64,000 nucleotides of DNA from Callorhinchus milii (GCF_018977255.1 NW_024704743.1:60018001-60082000), one strand, 5' to 3'. Counted from the stretch's first letter, positions 12,577 through 24,705 are shown. Notes: generated by a model from the letters alone, not told the origin. A program made the numbers and translations.

Positions 12577-13889
12577 TTGCTACTTTATTATGTTATCATA
12601 ATATAGAATTATCGCTACTATACTTGATTGAACTTCAATTGAGACTTTGTTTGTTTGCATTTATTTTTGCTAAAGACAAATATGATTGAAACCATAACTC
12701 GAGTGGTTTGTTGGCTCGTAAATAATTCCTATTTGGCACCCCAGATGGAACCTTGCATTTGAAAGAGATTGAACTTGTAAGGTAATAATCTTTTGAAAAC
12801 TAAATTGTTCTCAATTTCTATAAATTCTGCCAACTATAGTACACTGTGGGCGAGGGATTGCGACCCACGCCAGTGGTAAGGCAAAGTGTAAGGGCTTGCG
12901 TGATCCTTAGACGGGACACTCCGGTCGCGAGCTTCTTAGTATTGGACCCAATGGAGGCACTAGTAGAAAAGGATAAAACTAAGCATAAGCTAACAGGAAT
13001 AGTTACAGACTCATTGACAAGTGTAATTCTATGGAATAGTTGTAATGAGACATATAACCAGCTGGTTAAAGAAAAGAAATTAGCAAATGCCAGATGGAAA
13101 GCTGCTGTACTGCAGGCATCATAGATTTCTTTTTTTCAACCCCAGCTCGGGTCTGAAATGCTGTACTCTGTCCAGCACCTTGGGACGTCTTCCCGACGTG
13201 AAAGGTGCTATACAAAGGTAATCTTGTTGTTGTTGTTGTTTCTAAGCAGATTTATACTATTACTAATAATAATGCTTGCACTTGATATAGGTCTTCGAGA
13301 TGTCTCAAAGCGCTTCGCAGAATATACTGTAAAGTGAATTGACTTTATATATCTTGTGGGCGAAACATGGCAGCCAATTGCCACACAGCAGTTTCCCACA
13401 AATAGTCGTGGATTGAGTTATGAAGACTTGTGTCCTTAAATGGCTGCGAGAGTGAAACTGAAAAAGGCGGAGAATGAAGAATTAGTGAAGGAATTAGAGG
13501 GCTCAGATGAATCCAGAGCAGCTTAAGACAGTCAAGAATGGGTTCATTGTTTGGAAGTCTCCGTTCAGTTTTATATGAATGTGATGTGCGCAGTGAATAA
13601 CGAAGCAGAACAATGTCTTGAGGTTAATTAGGAACGCTGAGGTTAGATATATTAGTCGATGTAGCAATGAGATGACCTCAAGGCAGCGTATAATTATTTA
13701 GCAGAGCAAATGACCCAGCACAGGAGAAGAGTGATGTCTCTCATGAGCGTCGTGAGGCTAGGATGACCCAGATAAAAGTGAAACTTGTAGAGGTGTGAGG
13801 ATTGTAGCAATTACTCGGGTGGATAGTAATACTCAACTGACAGAGCCTATACATTTCAGTATCGATATGCAGGGGACTACTGACAATTG

Positions 13890-14065
13890 TCTGTAGCTGA
13901 CTTAAACGTCTTGCCCCACAGTCCATTACCATTCCATTGCAATCATCTATCTCTGGGATTTCCATGTGTAGGTGGGATGCATGGAATTCTCAGTTTGATT
14001 TGGATAATCTTAAGCATGGGGATGGGTTTCCACATGTGTCAAACACGCGGCAGACAAAAAAAAAA
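13890..14065 (+). mobile_element. Truncated second copy of the unclassified element
   Basis: ACCATTCC..TCTATCTCTGGGATTTCCATGTGTAGGT..GATGGGTTTCCACATGTGTCA..A10 aligns by eye to 12445-12576. Confidence 0.75.
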
Positions 14066-15649
14066 GGCGTGGCTGGATTAAATGAACACAGGAAACAGAT
14101 TGAAGTAAAAAATAAGCTTCTAGGGCAAAGAATGTCTGGGGGGAATTGTTGAAAAGAATATTGGGTTATAAAATAAATTTTACAGGTACAAACGGCCAGT
14201 AATGTTGTGTATGTATTTTATGTGATGTGTTATGTGTTTATGGGTGGGTAAAGGAAACATGGTAGGTCTGACTTTGCTCTGGATGCAGAATACAAGACAG
14301 TTCTTATCTATGTTCCATATGTCTCTGAACAACAACAACAAAATTACATTTATAGAGTGCCTTTCATGTCAGTTTCAAGTACTGGAACGTGATAAATCTG
14401 AGTAAAGGCAAAGTAAAGATCGGAGAAAGAAAGGGAAGGCTATGCAGCAGAAAATGTGACAAGTTGAGAAGAAAAGGGAGTGGGGGGGTGGGGGGAGTTA
14501 ATTTAAATATTAAACTGAAAGTAGGAGGAGTTAATTCAGTAGCAAACTGGCAATAAAGAGAACCAATGACAACAGGTTATTTAAAGAGTGATTTATAATG
14601 TTCTGCTGTGAATAATTGACACAGCCTTGTGCTGAAACCTTTTATTCTACATGGAACTTTACTCTCCTTTCCCTGCTTCACCCTCTCTTTCCTCCCCGTC
14701 CCCTTGAGTTTAACATCTCAGATTTGTATGCAGAATTTTACCAACAGTTCCAGAGTTTACTCTACGGAAAGCCATAAACAGGATTTGGTTTGATTTTGTT
14801 AAACTCTATTCTTTTTCGTTTGGGCCCTTATTTTATTTTTAAACCACTCTTGGGTCTGTGATGGGGTAACTGATATATGTATATATATATATGTTCTGTA
14901 TCCTCAACTTCCCTTTGCTTGAACAATAAAGTTATTTAATGTTTATTCATTTTCACTCTGAAATTGTATGTTTGCAGGCAGTGGAATATGTTTGTTTCAT
15001 AAACACCTCCCAGAGCGACTAGGGCTGGATTTAAAACCATTAACTGGGAGCACTGTTTGTTTGTGTAACCTGAGTCACACTGTCAATTGTGCAAACCAAC
15101 AAAAGCAGCTCAGAGAAAATTAACCCTGTGGTTTTCACAGACATATAAAGTCAAACTATGTTTCTGCAGCTACTGACAAACTTGATTTTGAATCTCTTTG
15201 GGGTATTTGGGGAATCTTTGATTTTAATAAAAGAACTGGTAACAAGAGTAAAAGAGAAAGTTATTTTTCACAAGGTTAGCAGAATGCAAACAGTAGTCAG
15301 GGGGTCACTCAAATGTATACATACAGCTGTGGATCAGTATTATTCAGAGGGAGTGAGAAACCTTAAACCATAAAAATCTGTCAGCAGCAAACTCAGCGGT
15401 CAAAATATGAACTGGAAATTTATCCCAGTGGTTGCGTGGAGGTTTGGAGTTATGGTGTAATCCTGGGACAACCCCTGCAGAGGTCGTGCACAAAATTACA
15501 CTATTCTGGAAAACATTGCAGGACAAAGAAAATCAGTGAAATGAGAGGGAAAAAAATGAGAAATTTGAAAAGCAAATTGATCAAAGCGAAGTGATCAGAG
15601 TACCGTGATTTGGGGGCTACTTTGGGGGTAGTTTTTGGTGAGTTCGGGC

Positions 15650-15656
15650 TATAAAT
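15650..15656 (+). promoter_or_regulatory. TATA box of the paraoxonase gene
   Basis: TATAAAT ~95 nt upstream of the ATG at 15745, followed by a GC-richer leader. Confidence 0.6.
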
Positions 15657-15744
15657 CTGTTGTGATCCGCACTGAGCTGAGCTGAGCTGCAGACCTCCCT
15701 CTGGGGAGAGTGCCAGAGAGCAGAACGAGCACAGGCGGTGAGCA

Positions 15745-15818
15745 ATGGCTTTAGTGGGGAGTCTGGCGTTCAGCGCACTTCTTCTGGCATTGCTGACCTA
15801 CAGACTGATCAGCCTCTG
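15745..15818 (+). CDS. PON2: Paraoxonase/arylesterase exon 1 (74 nt), hydrophobic N-terminal anchor
   Basis: GCAATGG Kozak; MALVGSLAFSALLLALLTYRLISL then TG|GTGAGT; length and phase 2 fit PON exon 1 and exon 2. Symbol is best fit; may be pro-orthologous to PON1/2/3. Confidence 0.85.
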
Positions 15819-16274
15819 GTGAGTTCAAACCCACTTTACCCGACATCAACAAAGTTCTGACCTCACTTTGGGGGAGAAACCCGGATCTGCAGAGTTTGTT
15901 GAAGGACTGAGATGAGGACTCATTGTGTACCCGACTTTGCCAACTTGGGTTCCCCAACTTCAGGTGATGCTCAGTCCTGGGGCAGATAGTGCCAGATTGG
16001 CCACATGGGGATAACAGTGATAACAAGTTATTGTGTTGTAAACTCTTGATCTGTTTCTGCTCTTGTAACCTGTGTTATTCAATCTGATCATAAATCTCAT
16101 TCCTGCCCTTTCTCCCCTGTTGAGGAATGTTAGCTCTATGTTAAGGTGACCATACTTTGTAAACCAAATCCGGGGACACGTATATAAAAATTGAACTCAC
16201 CACAATTGCTGATGCTGGCAGTACTGGAGTAGCTTGTGGGATTCATGGCTGTGTTTCTGCTGAGTGTATCTGCT

Positions 16275-16588
16275 GAGTCCTGTAGCTCAGTGGTTAGAGC
16301 ACTCGCCTTGCAAGCGAGACACCTGGGTTCAATTCCAGGCAGCGCGAAACCTTGGGCAAGTTTCCTTACTCCACACACGTAATAATAATCCCTCCAAAAC
16401 CCAAAACAATAATACGTTGGTCATTTTCAATCTACGACTGTCTGTGGGGCACTGCTGTGCACAATTGGCTGCTGCGTTTCGCCCACAAATATACAGTCAA
16501 TTCACTTTACAGTATATTCTGTGAAGCGCTTTGAGACGTGAGAAGACGTGAAAAGCTCTATATCAAATGCAAGGATTATTATTATTAT
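16275..16588 (+). mobile_element. tRNA-headed SINE, full length
   Basis: GTAGCTCAGTGG A box, GGTTCAATTCC B box, Deu-like body, L2-like tail plus (TTA)n. Confidence 0.9.
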
Positions 16589-17454
16589 CTGTTTTAGGTT
16601 GTTATTGTTTTTGCTCAGTTTGTTGCTGAGCCCAAGACAGATTGTTGCTGAGCCAAATTTGGCCAGTGACACAATACAACAACTTGCATCTATATAGCAC
16701 TCCTCACGCAGGGCAGACTCCTGGAGTGCTTGACAGTGGCAGAGCACGATATGGGGAGGTGACCGTAAGCACTGTCAAAGAGTATGTATGCTCACCTACT
16801 TTAAGAGACCAGAGACAGGATTCCTGACCTACACCAGACACTCAGAGGGATTCTGTTTACCTTGTTGAGGGCAATGGGATTATGTTTAATATGCGCTTGA
16901 GGGTTTGAACCTTTTTTGGAATTTTAATACATTGGAACCATCAACATCGGGGACATTTTACGAGTGAGATCTAAAAGATCTAGAGATTAATGATTGAACA
17001 CACTGAACTGTGAAAAGAGTGAGAGTGACTATCCAAATAGGTTAACATCCAGAAGACAAGGTGTGTGTAGTCTAGAGTTTATAATAATACTACACTTGAA
17101 CGTGGAAAGTTTGCGGAAGTTTTAGCTTGAAATCTTCCTCATTGATCATGTGCAGATGGTTTAATGGGTTAATGGTCCATTTTGTAATTGTTGCGCTTTA
17201 CTTTTGAGAGAGGGCAGAGCAATGTGCTGCCTTGCTTATCCATTTGCTATGTTTGTTCAGTGGTTTGAAGTGTTTACAGTGGTTAGTTGGAACAATCCCA
17301 ATGTAGTTATTGTTTAATGGCTTTTTTTTCAGCAGCTCTGCATTAGTTTTCCTTTGTCTTTGGGTAAATTTCACCTGGATTGAAATATTCGTAAATCATT
17401 TCAGACCAGCTGATGCTCAGGTGACATGTTTAATGTCACTGAACGCACCCAGCT

Positions 17455-19380
17455 CAAATCTGATTTATTGGTTCACTGGCATATCTGGCTGGACCACATT
17501 CTTCCATCCACCCTCTCATGCCTTGCCCATCCTCTCCTCCAACTCCAACTGCGAGGAGATGCTGGATTTCCCTGAGACCAAAATCGAGGGGATCCATTCT
17601 GCCACCTCCGCGCTCAAAAAACCACCACACCCTCCCCATCCTTCCCTCACACTCTGGCCCTTACTCATCCCTCCCTCCACAACTTTGAACCTGTCTCCCC
17701 CTCCTCTTTCACCAACAGTATAACTTGCATGTAGCCCACCACCTGCTCCCTTGACCTCATCCCTACCCCTCTCCTTACCTCCCAGCTCCAGCTCCTCGCT
17801 CCGTTACTCTCTCACCTCATCAACCTCTCCCTGCCAAATGGCACTGTTCTCATCCCCCTAAAAACAGCTGTCTCACCCCTGGCCTAGCCCCTATCCTAAA
17901 AAAAACTGGACCCATCCCTACTCACCAACTACCGCCCCATCTCCAAACTCCCTTTCCTTTTCAAAATCCTTGAACCTCTTCAATCAGGCTTCCCTGCTGC
18001 CATAGCATGGAAAGAGCCCTGGTCAAGGTGACAAATGACATTCTGTTCATCTGTGATCAGGGCTCCCTCAGCTCCTCATCCTCCTTGACCACTCTGCTGC
18101 CTTTGACACTGTGGACCACTCTATCCTCCTCCACCGCCTCTCCTCTCATCTCAATAATAATAATAATAATAATCCTTGCATTTGATATAGCGCTTTTCAC
18201 GTCTGGAGGACGTCCCAAAGCGCTTCACAGAACACACTGTAAAGTGAATTGACTGTATATTTGTGGGCGAACGCGGCAGCCAATTGCGCACAGCAATGTC
18301 CCACAAACAGTCATAGATTGAAAATGACCAATTTATTATTGTTTTTTGGTTTTTGGAGGGAATATTATTAGACGTGTGGAGTAAGGATACTTGCCCAAGG
18401 TTTCGCCCTCTGCCTGGAATTGAACTCAGGTCTCTCGCTTGCAAAGCGAGTGCTCTAATCACTGAGCTACAGGACTCCACTCACTGAGCTACAGGACTCC
18501 ACGTCCTCAACCTTCAACCTTCAAGGCTCAGTCCTTAAATGGTTCAGATCCTATCTCTCACACCAATTCCACTTGGTCTCCACAAATGGCTTCTCCTCCA
18601 GTCCCCGCACCAGCTTGTGCGGTGTTCCTCAGGGCTCTGTCCTCGGTCCTCACCTCTTCAACCTGTACATCCTCCCTCTTGGTGTCATCATCTGCAAACA
18701 TGGGGTCAACTTCCATATGTATGCGGATGACACCAAACTCTACCTCTCTGTCTCCATTCTCGACTCCAGGACAACTGCTAGGTCCTGAATGTCTGTAAAA
18801 ACATCAAGTCCTGGATGAGAGCCAACTTTCTACAATTGAACATCAGCAGAAGATCCAGGCCCCCCTGACTGGCTCATTCCAGCGCCTCAGCACCTCAGGC
18901 ACTGGCAGCATCAGCATCCACAGTTGCCCACACCACCTCACCAAGCCAGTCAGGAACCTGGGCATCTTGTTTGACCCTCAACTGTCCTTCCTCCAACACA
19001 CCCATGCCATGACCCGCTCTGCCTTCCCCCAACTCTGCAACATTGCCCAACACTGCCTCACCTCTCAGGCCATCGAAACCCTTATACATTACTTCATTAC
19101 AACCAGGCTTAGTTATTTCAACACCCTGCTTGTCGGCCTCCCCAACTCTTTTCTCCACAAGCTGCAGATCATCCAGAACTCTGCATCTCCTGTCCTCTCC
19201 CACACCAGCTTCCGTGACCTCATCATACCCACCCTCACCTAACCCTAATCCCATCCCTCAGAGGATAAGGTTCAAAATTCTGGTTCTCACCTTCAAGACC
19301 CTCCATGGCCTTGCCCCTTCCTACCTCTCTGACCTGCTAACTCCTTATCAACCTGTCTGCTCCCTCCTCTCAGCAGGCTG
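17455..19380 (+). mobile_element. L2 LINE ORF2 remnant with nested SINE
   Basis: [47 protein letters not shown] motifs across frameshifts. Confidence 0.9.
18153..18500 (-). mobile_element. tRNA-headed SINE, full length with duplicated 5' end, nested in L2
   Basis: Reverse complement of the same SINE; CACTGAGCTACAGGACTCCAC twice in tandem at 18460-18502. Confidence 0.9.
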
Positions 19381-19385
19381 CATGT

Positions 19386-19738
19386 GGAGTCCTGTAGCTC
19401 AGTGGTTAGAGCACTCGCTTTGCAAGTGAGAGACCTGAGTTCAATTCCCGGCAGGGCGAAATGTTAGGCAAGTTTCCTTACTCACAAGCCTCTGTTTACC
19501 TAGTAGGAACCTGGTTGTTAGTCGATTGGTGGGTCACTTTTCCGGGGGTAATAATTCCTTCAAAAAATAATAATAATAAATTTGTCACTCAATTCACGAC
19601 TGTTTGAGGAACATTGCTGTGCTGGATTTCATGCACAAAATATACAGTCAATTCATTTTACAGTATATTCTGTGAAGCGTTTTGAGATGTCTAGAAGACG
19701 TGATAAGGCACTATATCAAATGCAAGGATTATTATTAT
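19386..19738 (+). mobile_element. tRNA-headed SINE, longer subfamily with an extra internal segment
   Basis: Same head and tail plus AAGCCTCTGTTTACCTAG..GTTGTTAGTCGATTGG; partial copies at ~22390-22678 and ~34460-34727. Confidence 0.88.
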
Positions 19739-20134
19739 ATATAGAATTCTCAGTCTGGTTTGGATATTCATAAGCAGGATGATAGGTGTCAGCAGCAGAT
19801 ATCCAATTGATCAAATAAAAAGCTGAATTGTGCATTGCATCTGGAGAGGCACTGCATTCCTTTCATTTTGATTTGTAGAATTTTGTTGATTTAGTTTGTT
19901 ACCTTTGAACCGCCTGATTTTATTGTTGACTCCATGTTGTAACACATTTGAATTAATCCTACTGCCAAATGCGATATTCTTTCAACTGTATGGTGCAATG
20001 CTACATTATTAAATTGCTGTGCACAAAATGGCTGCCACGTTTCACCCACAAAATACACATTCACTAAACTTTACAATATATTCTGTGAAGCACTTGGAGA
20101 TATCTCAATGACGTGATAAGGCGCATTATCAAAT

Positions 20135-21522
20135 GTATTAGGCTTGACTGTAGGAGAAAAGGAGATATAGATAGGCTTTTGATAATTGGTTTATTGATTG
20201 AACAAGTTATTGTTGAACTTTGTAGCCAGTTTGTAAATTTACCCCTTTGTAAATAATACAATCCACGATGGTATAATGTTTATTGTATAAAGTGATTCAT
20301 AAGTTTTAACAATCTGTAATCAAATTATGCTACATATAATGACAAAATGACAGTACAACACATCTATGTGAGAAAAACATTTATCACACAGCATGCACTC
20401 AGGGGTTGCTCAGTACTCCAAACAAACAACACACCTCAAAACACACAGCAGAGATCAGCCACTGGAAATCCCTGGAACAACTGATTCTGTAACACAAAAC
20501 TTCGGAAGACAGACAATCCCCAATACTGTTTTTTAACCGGCACCAGCGCAGAGTTCAGCCTCTGGAATCGCCCTTCAGATATAGCTGATCCTCACAGTAC
20601 CTTACAGTCCTTAACACTGAATTCTCAAAGTCACAGAGCGTGGCCCTATCTTCATCAGGATATGCAGCATACACCAGCATCTCTCTCCTGCTTTCTAGCC
20701 TATCTACTGAGTCTCAGACCTGGCACTCGTTTCCATAACCAATACTTAACAGGAACTAGCGTCCGGTAAACCCTTGGACCAAACCAGTCGTACACAACAA
20801 CAGTAGTACTGACGATTCAGGGATGACAACATGTATCCAGGCACTGTTTCGACAGACTAAACAGCAGACCTGGGATCACAACTTGATATACACTGGAGAG
20901 ATCACAGAACTATCACAGAGATTGGCTCCTATAACTCAACAGAAACAATCAGATCTTAGCCCAGCACCTCACTTGTGCTGCTGATCGTTCCTTCTCTTTC
21001 ACTTTTAATGGTCACTTTCTCACTGGAGGTAAATTCCCTCACCCCTGTACATATACATAGATACAGTAGAATCAATATCGATTCCACTGGGAAGTACACT
21101 GACCCTCTACACAACTCCAACTATTTCAAAGTTACATCTTTCTTTTAGGTGTTTCTAACTCCATCTCTCCTTGTCACAGAGATAGCCCCCACCCTTCGCA
21201 GGCTGCTTTGCACAGAGAGATATGGACAACGTACTTCTCAGCCTTGAGATAGGCAGGTGTCTGAGGCTGCAGCCTTTTCTTTCTGTGGTCCATTGATCTT
21301 GCATCTGTGCTCAAGGACCCATTGCTCATTATCTCAGAGGAGTGAACATCTTCCCAGAAAAATATGAAATGTAATCAGATGCTAACCTCAGCCCGTCCAG
21401 CAAAGCTACCTTTAACCATTTAACTATCAAACCTTCTGGAACATTCGGTTGCTGTTTGAAATATACCAAGGCACTCTGAGGTGATAGTTGGTATATTTCA
21501 ACACCTTTCATCATCCATAACA
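20135..21522 (-). mobile_element. Possible solo LTR; left boundary uncertain
   Basis: Begins TGTTATGG on minus at 21522, distinct composition, AATAAA on minus ~20190; no TSD confirmed. Confidence 0.3.
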
Positions 21523-21682
21523 GTTTTACTTTGGTACATTATTTTAATCTGATATCTAAAGTAGGAATATTACAGTATTAAAAGTAGGTGTCAGTCTAGC
21601 TCAATTGATTGTGCTCTTGCATCTGAATCAAAAGGTTGTAAGTTCAAGCCCCATGTTGGTACTTTGAACTCATAGTCGAGAC

Positions 21683-21774
21683 CAGGTATGGCCAACCTGG
21701 CGCTCGCGGCCCGAATCCGGGCCATGTGACAATTTTACACATGTGGCATGTGGGCTGCAAGTTGACCATCCCTG
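21683..21774. mobile_element. 92-bp hAT-type MITE inserted in an old SINE
   Basis: TIRs CAGGTATGGCCAAC ... GTTGACCATCCCTG; degenerate 8-bp TSD GTCGAGAC / ATCTAGTC. Confidence 0.7.
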
Positions 21775-22876
21775 ATCTAGTCTGTTACTCCAATGCAATG
21801 CTGGAGGAATGCTGCATTGGTGGAGGTGCTGTGTTTCAGATAAGGCATTAAATTAAGGTGCTTCCCGTTTGTTGAATTTGCTGTGTACAAATTGGCTGCT
21901 GTGTTTGCTTATAACCTCAGTCACTATACTTTACAGAAGATCCCTGTACAATGGGACACAATTGATGCACTACAGGATTCACATGCGCAGAAAAACATCT
22001 GTCTTGTTTTAATTAGGTTTCAAAAACTTGTTCTTTTATTAAAACAAAATGAGGGGATGTAAATATAAAAAAAGCCAGTAACAGACATAAAAAGGAATTA
22101 ATATTAAGGGGTGAAGGCTCGTGTGGAGCATTAACACTAGCATGGACTAGTTGGGCTTGTTTCTGTGTTGTATCATTCATATAACACAAACCATACCAAC
22201 CCGGCCATTCCTTTCACTCAGTGGACTCTGGCCTTACTTCATGCCCCTCCCTGCCAGCCCCACCATCGACAGTTTGACTTTCAACCTTTCTGCCCACTTT
22301 ATGGAATTTCACCCCCTTCCTCACATCTTTCAAAGTCATTTTTAAGGTTCACTTAGCTGCATAATCTTATCTATAACCAGGCGGGGTGACACTTTAGGCA
22401 AGTTTCCTTACTCTACAAGCCTATTTACTTAGCAGTAAGTAGGATTGTTAGCCGATTGGCGGATTGCTTTCAGAGCATAATAATCCCTTCAAAAGTTTTT
22501 AAGAAATTTGGTCACTCAATCCATGACTATTGGTGAAACATTGCTGTGTGCAATCGGTTGCCAGGTTTCACCCATAAAATGTACAGTCAATTCACTTTAC
22601 AGTATACTCTGTGAAGCACTTTGAGACGTCTTAATGACATTATAAGGCGCTGTATCAAATGCAAGGATTATTATTAATATAGCCATGCCCAGTTTAATGG
22701 TGAGGAAATAGATGAGAGTCACACATTATTGATCTTATCACTTTCTCTGTCACTGTAAGGAAATGCAGCTGCTTTTGTCTCTTCATTTGTCCAGTGAGAC
22801 TGGGCTGGAAAGGATGCTCATCTGATGTGGTAGGTTTCACAGTTAAACTGCTAATGTCAATTTCCTTGTTTTGCAG

Positions 22877-22947
22877 CAACAAGATGGGTGTGTTCAAAGA
22901 AGTGGATCAAATTGAGCCTGGCAGCTGCCATCTGATTGAAGGAATTA
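22877..22947 (+). CDS. PON2: Paraoxonase exon 2 (71 nt)
   Basis: TTGCAG|C AAC; NKMGVFKEVDQIEPGSCHLIEGI; donor A|GTACGT; contains the N-terminal disulfide Cys. Confidence 0.92.
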
Positions 22948-23461
22948 GTACGTAAGGAAATTTCATTATTCACTGTAATTCATCCCTATGAAGAGTGTTT
23001 CAGTCAATAAATATAGTTGCTCTGATTTGTGTGGTGTAAATTAAAATATGCTGTCTAGATTGTCACTTCAGCACAGTATTCGAGGAGCACTGCAATGATG
23101 GAGGTACCATCCATTGGCTGAGATGTTAATCCAATGTCTGTTGTTAATCTACATGTTGAAATGGATGAACACCATGGCACTAGTCAAAAAAAGAGAAGGG
23201 ACTTTCTCCCAATGACTTGTCCAACAATGAACCTGAATAAAATTTGTGGGACATTGCTATGCATGCTGTGCTGTGTTGCCCTACAAAATAGAATCATGGA
23301 ATTTTACAGCACAGAAGGAGGCCATTTGGACTATCGTGCCCATGCTGGCTCTTTGAAAGACCTATCCAATTCATCTCCTGCTCTTACCCCATGGCCCTGC
23401 AATTTTTTCCTTTTCAAGTACCTATCCAATTCCCTTTTGAAAGCTACTATCAAATCTGCTT

Positions 23462-24705
23462 ACAACAACAACAACAACTTGGATTTATATGGCCCCCTCC
23501 ACGCTGGACGGCGTCTCAGAGCACTTTACAGTAACGGATCCCGGGGCTGAGCCAGGGGGAGGGGGAGGAAGGTGACCAAAGGCACGGTAGAAAAAAAAGG
23601 TCTTCAGCAGAGACCTGAAAATGGGAAGGGAGGAAGCGAGATAAAGGCAGTGAGGAAGGCAGTTCCAGAACCTCGGGGCATAGTGGCTGAAGGCACGGCC
23701 GCCCAGGGTGGAGCGGAGGACTCGGGGGACGAGGAGGAGGCCAGACCCGAAGGAACGAAGTCAACGGGTACTGCTTTGAGGAGAGAGGAGGTCAGAGAGG
23801 TAGGGGGGTACAGAGGAGTGCAGGGACTTGAATACAAGGGTGAGGATCTTGAAATCGATTCTCTCTGGGACAGGCAGTCAGTGCAGTCTGGCAAGGACTG
23901 GGGTGATCGGGGAGTGGAGTTTCGTGCCGGTGAGAATGCAGGTGGCAGAGTTTTGAATGATTTGGATTTTATGGATGGTAGTGGATGGGAGACCGGCGAG
24001 GAGGGTGTTAGAGTAGTCCGAGAGGTGACACAGGTATGGACCAGGGTTTCAGCAGTTTTTGGGGAGAGGTATTGGCGGAGACGGGCGATGTCGTCGGAGG
24101 TGGTAGAAGGCAGTGCTGGTGAGGGACCGGATGTGGGGGAGGAAGGATAATTGGGGGTCGAACCTGACGCCTACCCGTTGACTTCGTTCCTCTGGGTCTG
24201 GCCTCCTCCTCGTCCCCCGAGACCTCCGCTGCACCCTCGGTGGCCGTGCCTTCAGCCACTGTGCCCCGAGGTTCTGGAACTGCCTTCCTCATTCCCTTCG
24301 TCTCGCTCCCTCCCTTCCCATTTTCAGGTCTCTGCTGAAGACCTTTCTCTTCGACCGCGCCTTTTGTCGGAGAGTTTTAGTGGGAGGTCGAGTAGGTGGA
24401 GGATGTGAGAGCCATGAGATTTTAGACATTGACGAGAGCCAAAGAGTATGGCTTCTATCTTGTGAACGTTCAGCTGAAGGAAGTTTGCGCTCATCCAACC
24501 CCTAAGATCTTAGGGTTAGGCTGACAGATCATCAAGGGACTGGGGGTCGCAAAGTGAGGTGGAAAACTAGAGTTGGGTGTCATCTGCATACATGTGGAAG
24601 TGTACCCCATGTCTACAGATGACATCCCCAAGAGGGAGCATGTAGATCAGAAAGAGGAGGGGGCCAAGGATGGATCCTTGGGGTACCCCACAGGTGACCG
24701 AGTGA
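23462..24705 (-). mobile_element. L2 3' portion with an internal opposite-strand segment (24174-24366)
   Basis: [10 protein letters not shown] and YADD on minus near 24580-24690; tail at 23462-23520. Confidence 0.88.

Larger units (their letters stand above)
11715..14960 (+). mobile_element. Degraded LTR retroelement relic with nested insertions; outer limits approximate
   Basis: TGGCACCCCAGATGGAAC at 12734-12751 resembles a tRNA-Arg primer-binding site; broken charged reading frame follows (12846-13530); purine tract GGGGGGAA then TG at ~14138-14148; AATAAA ~14926. Confidence 0.45.
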
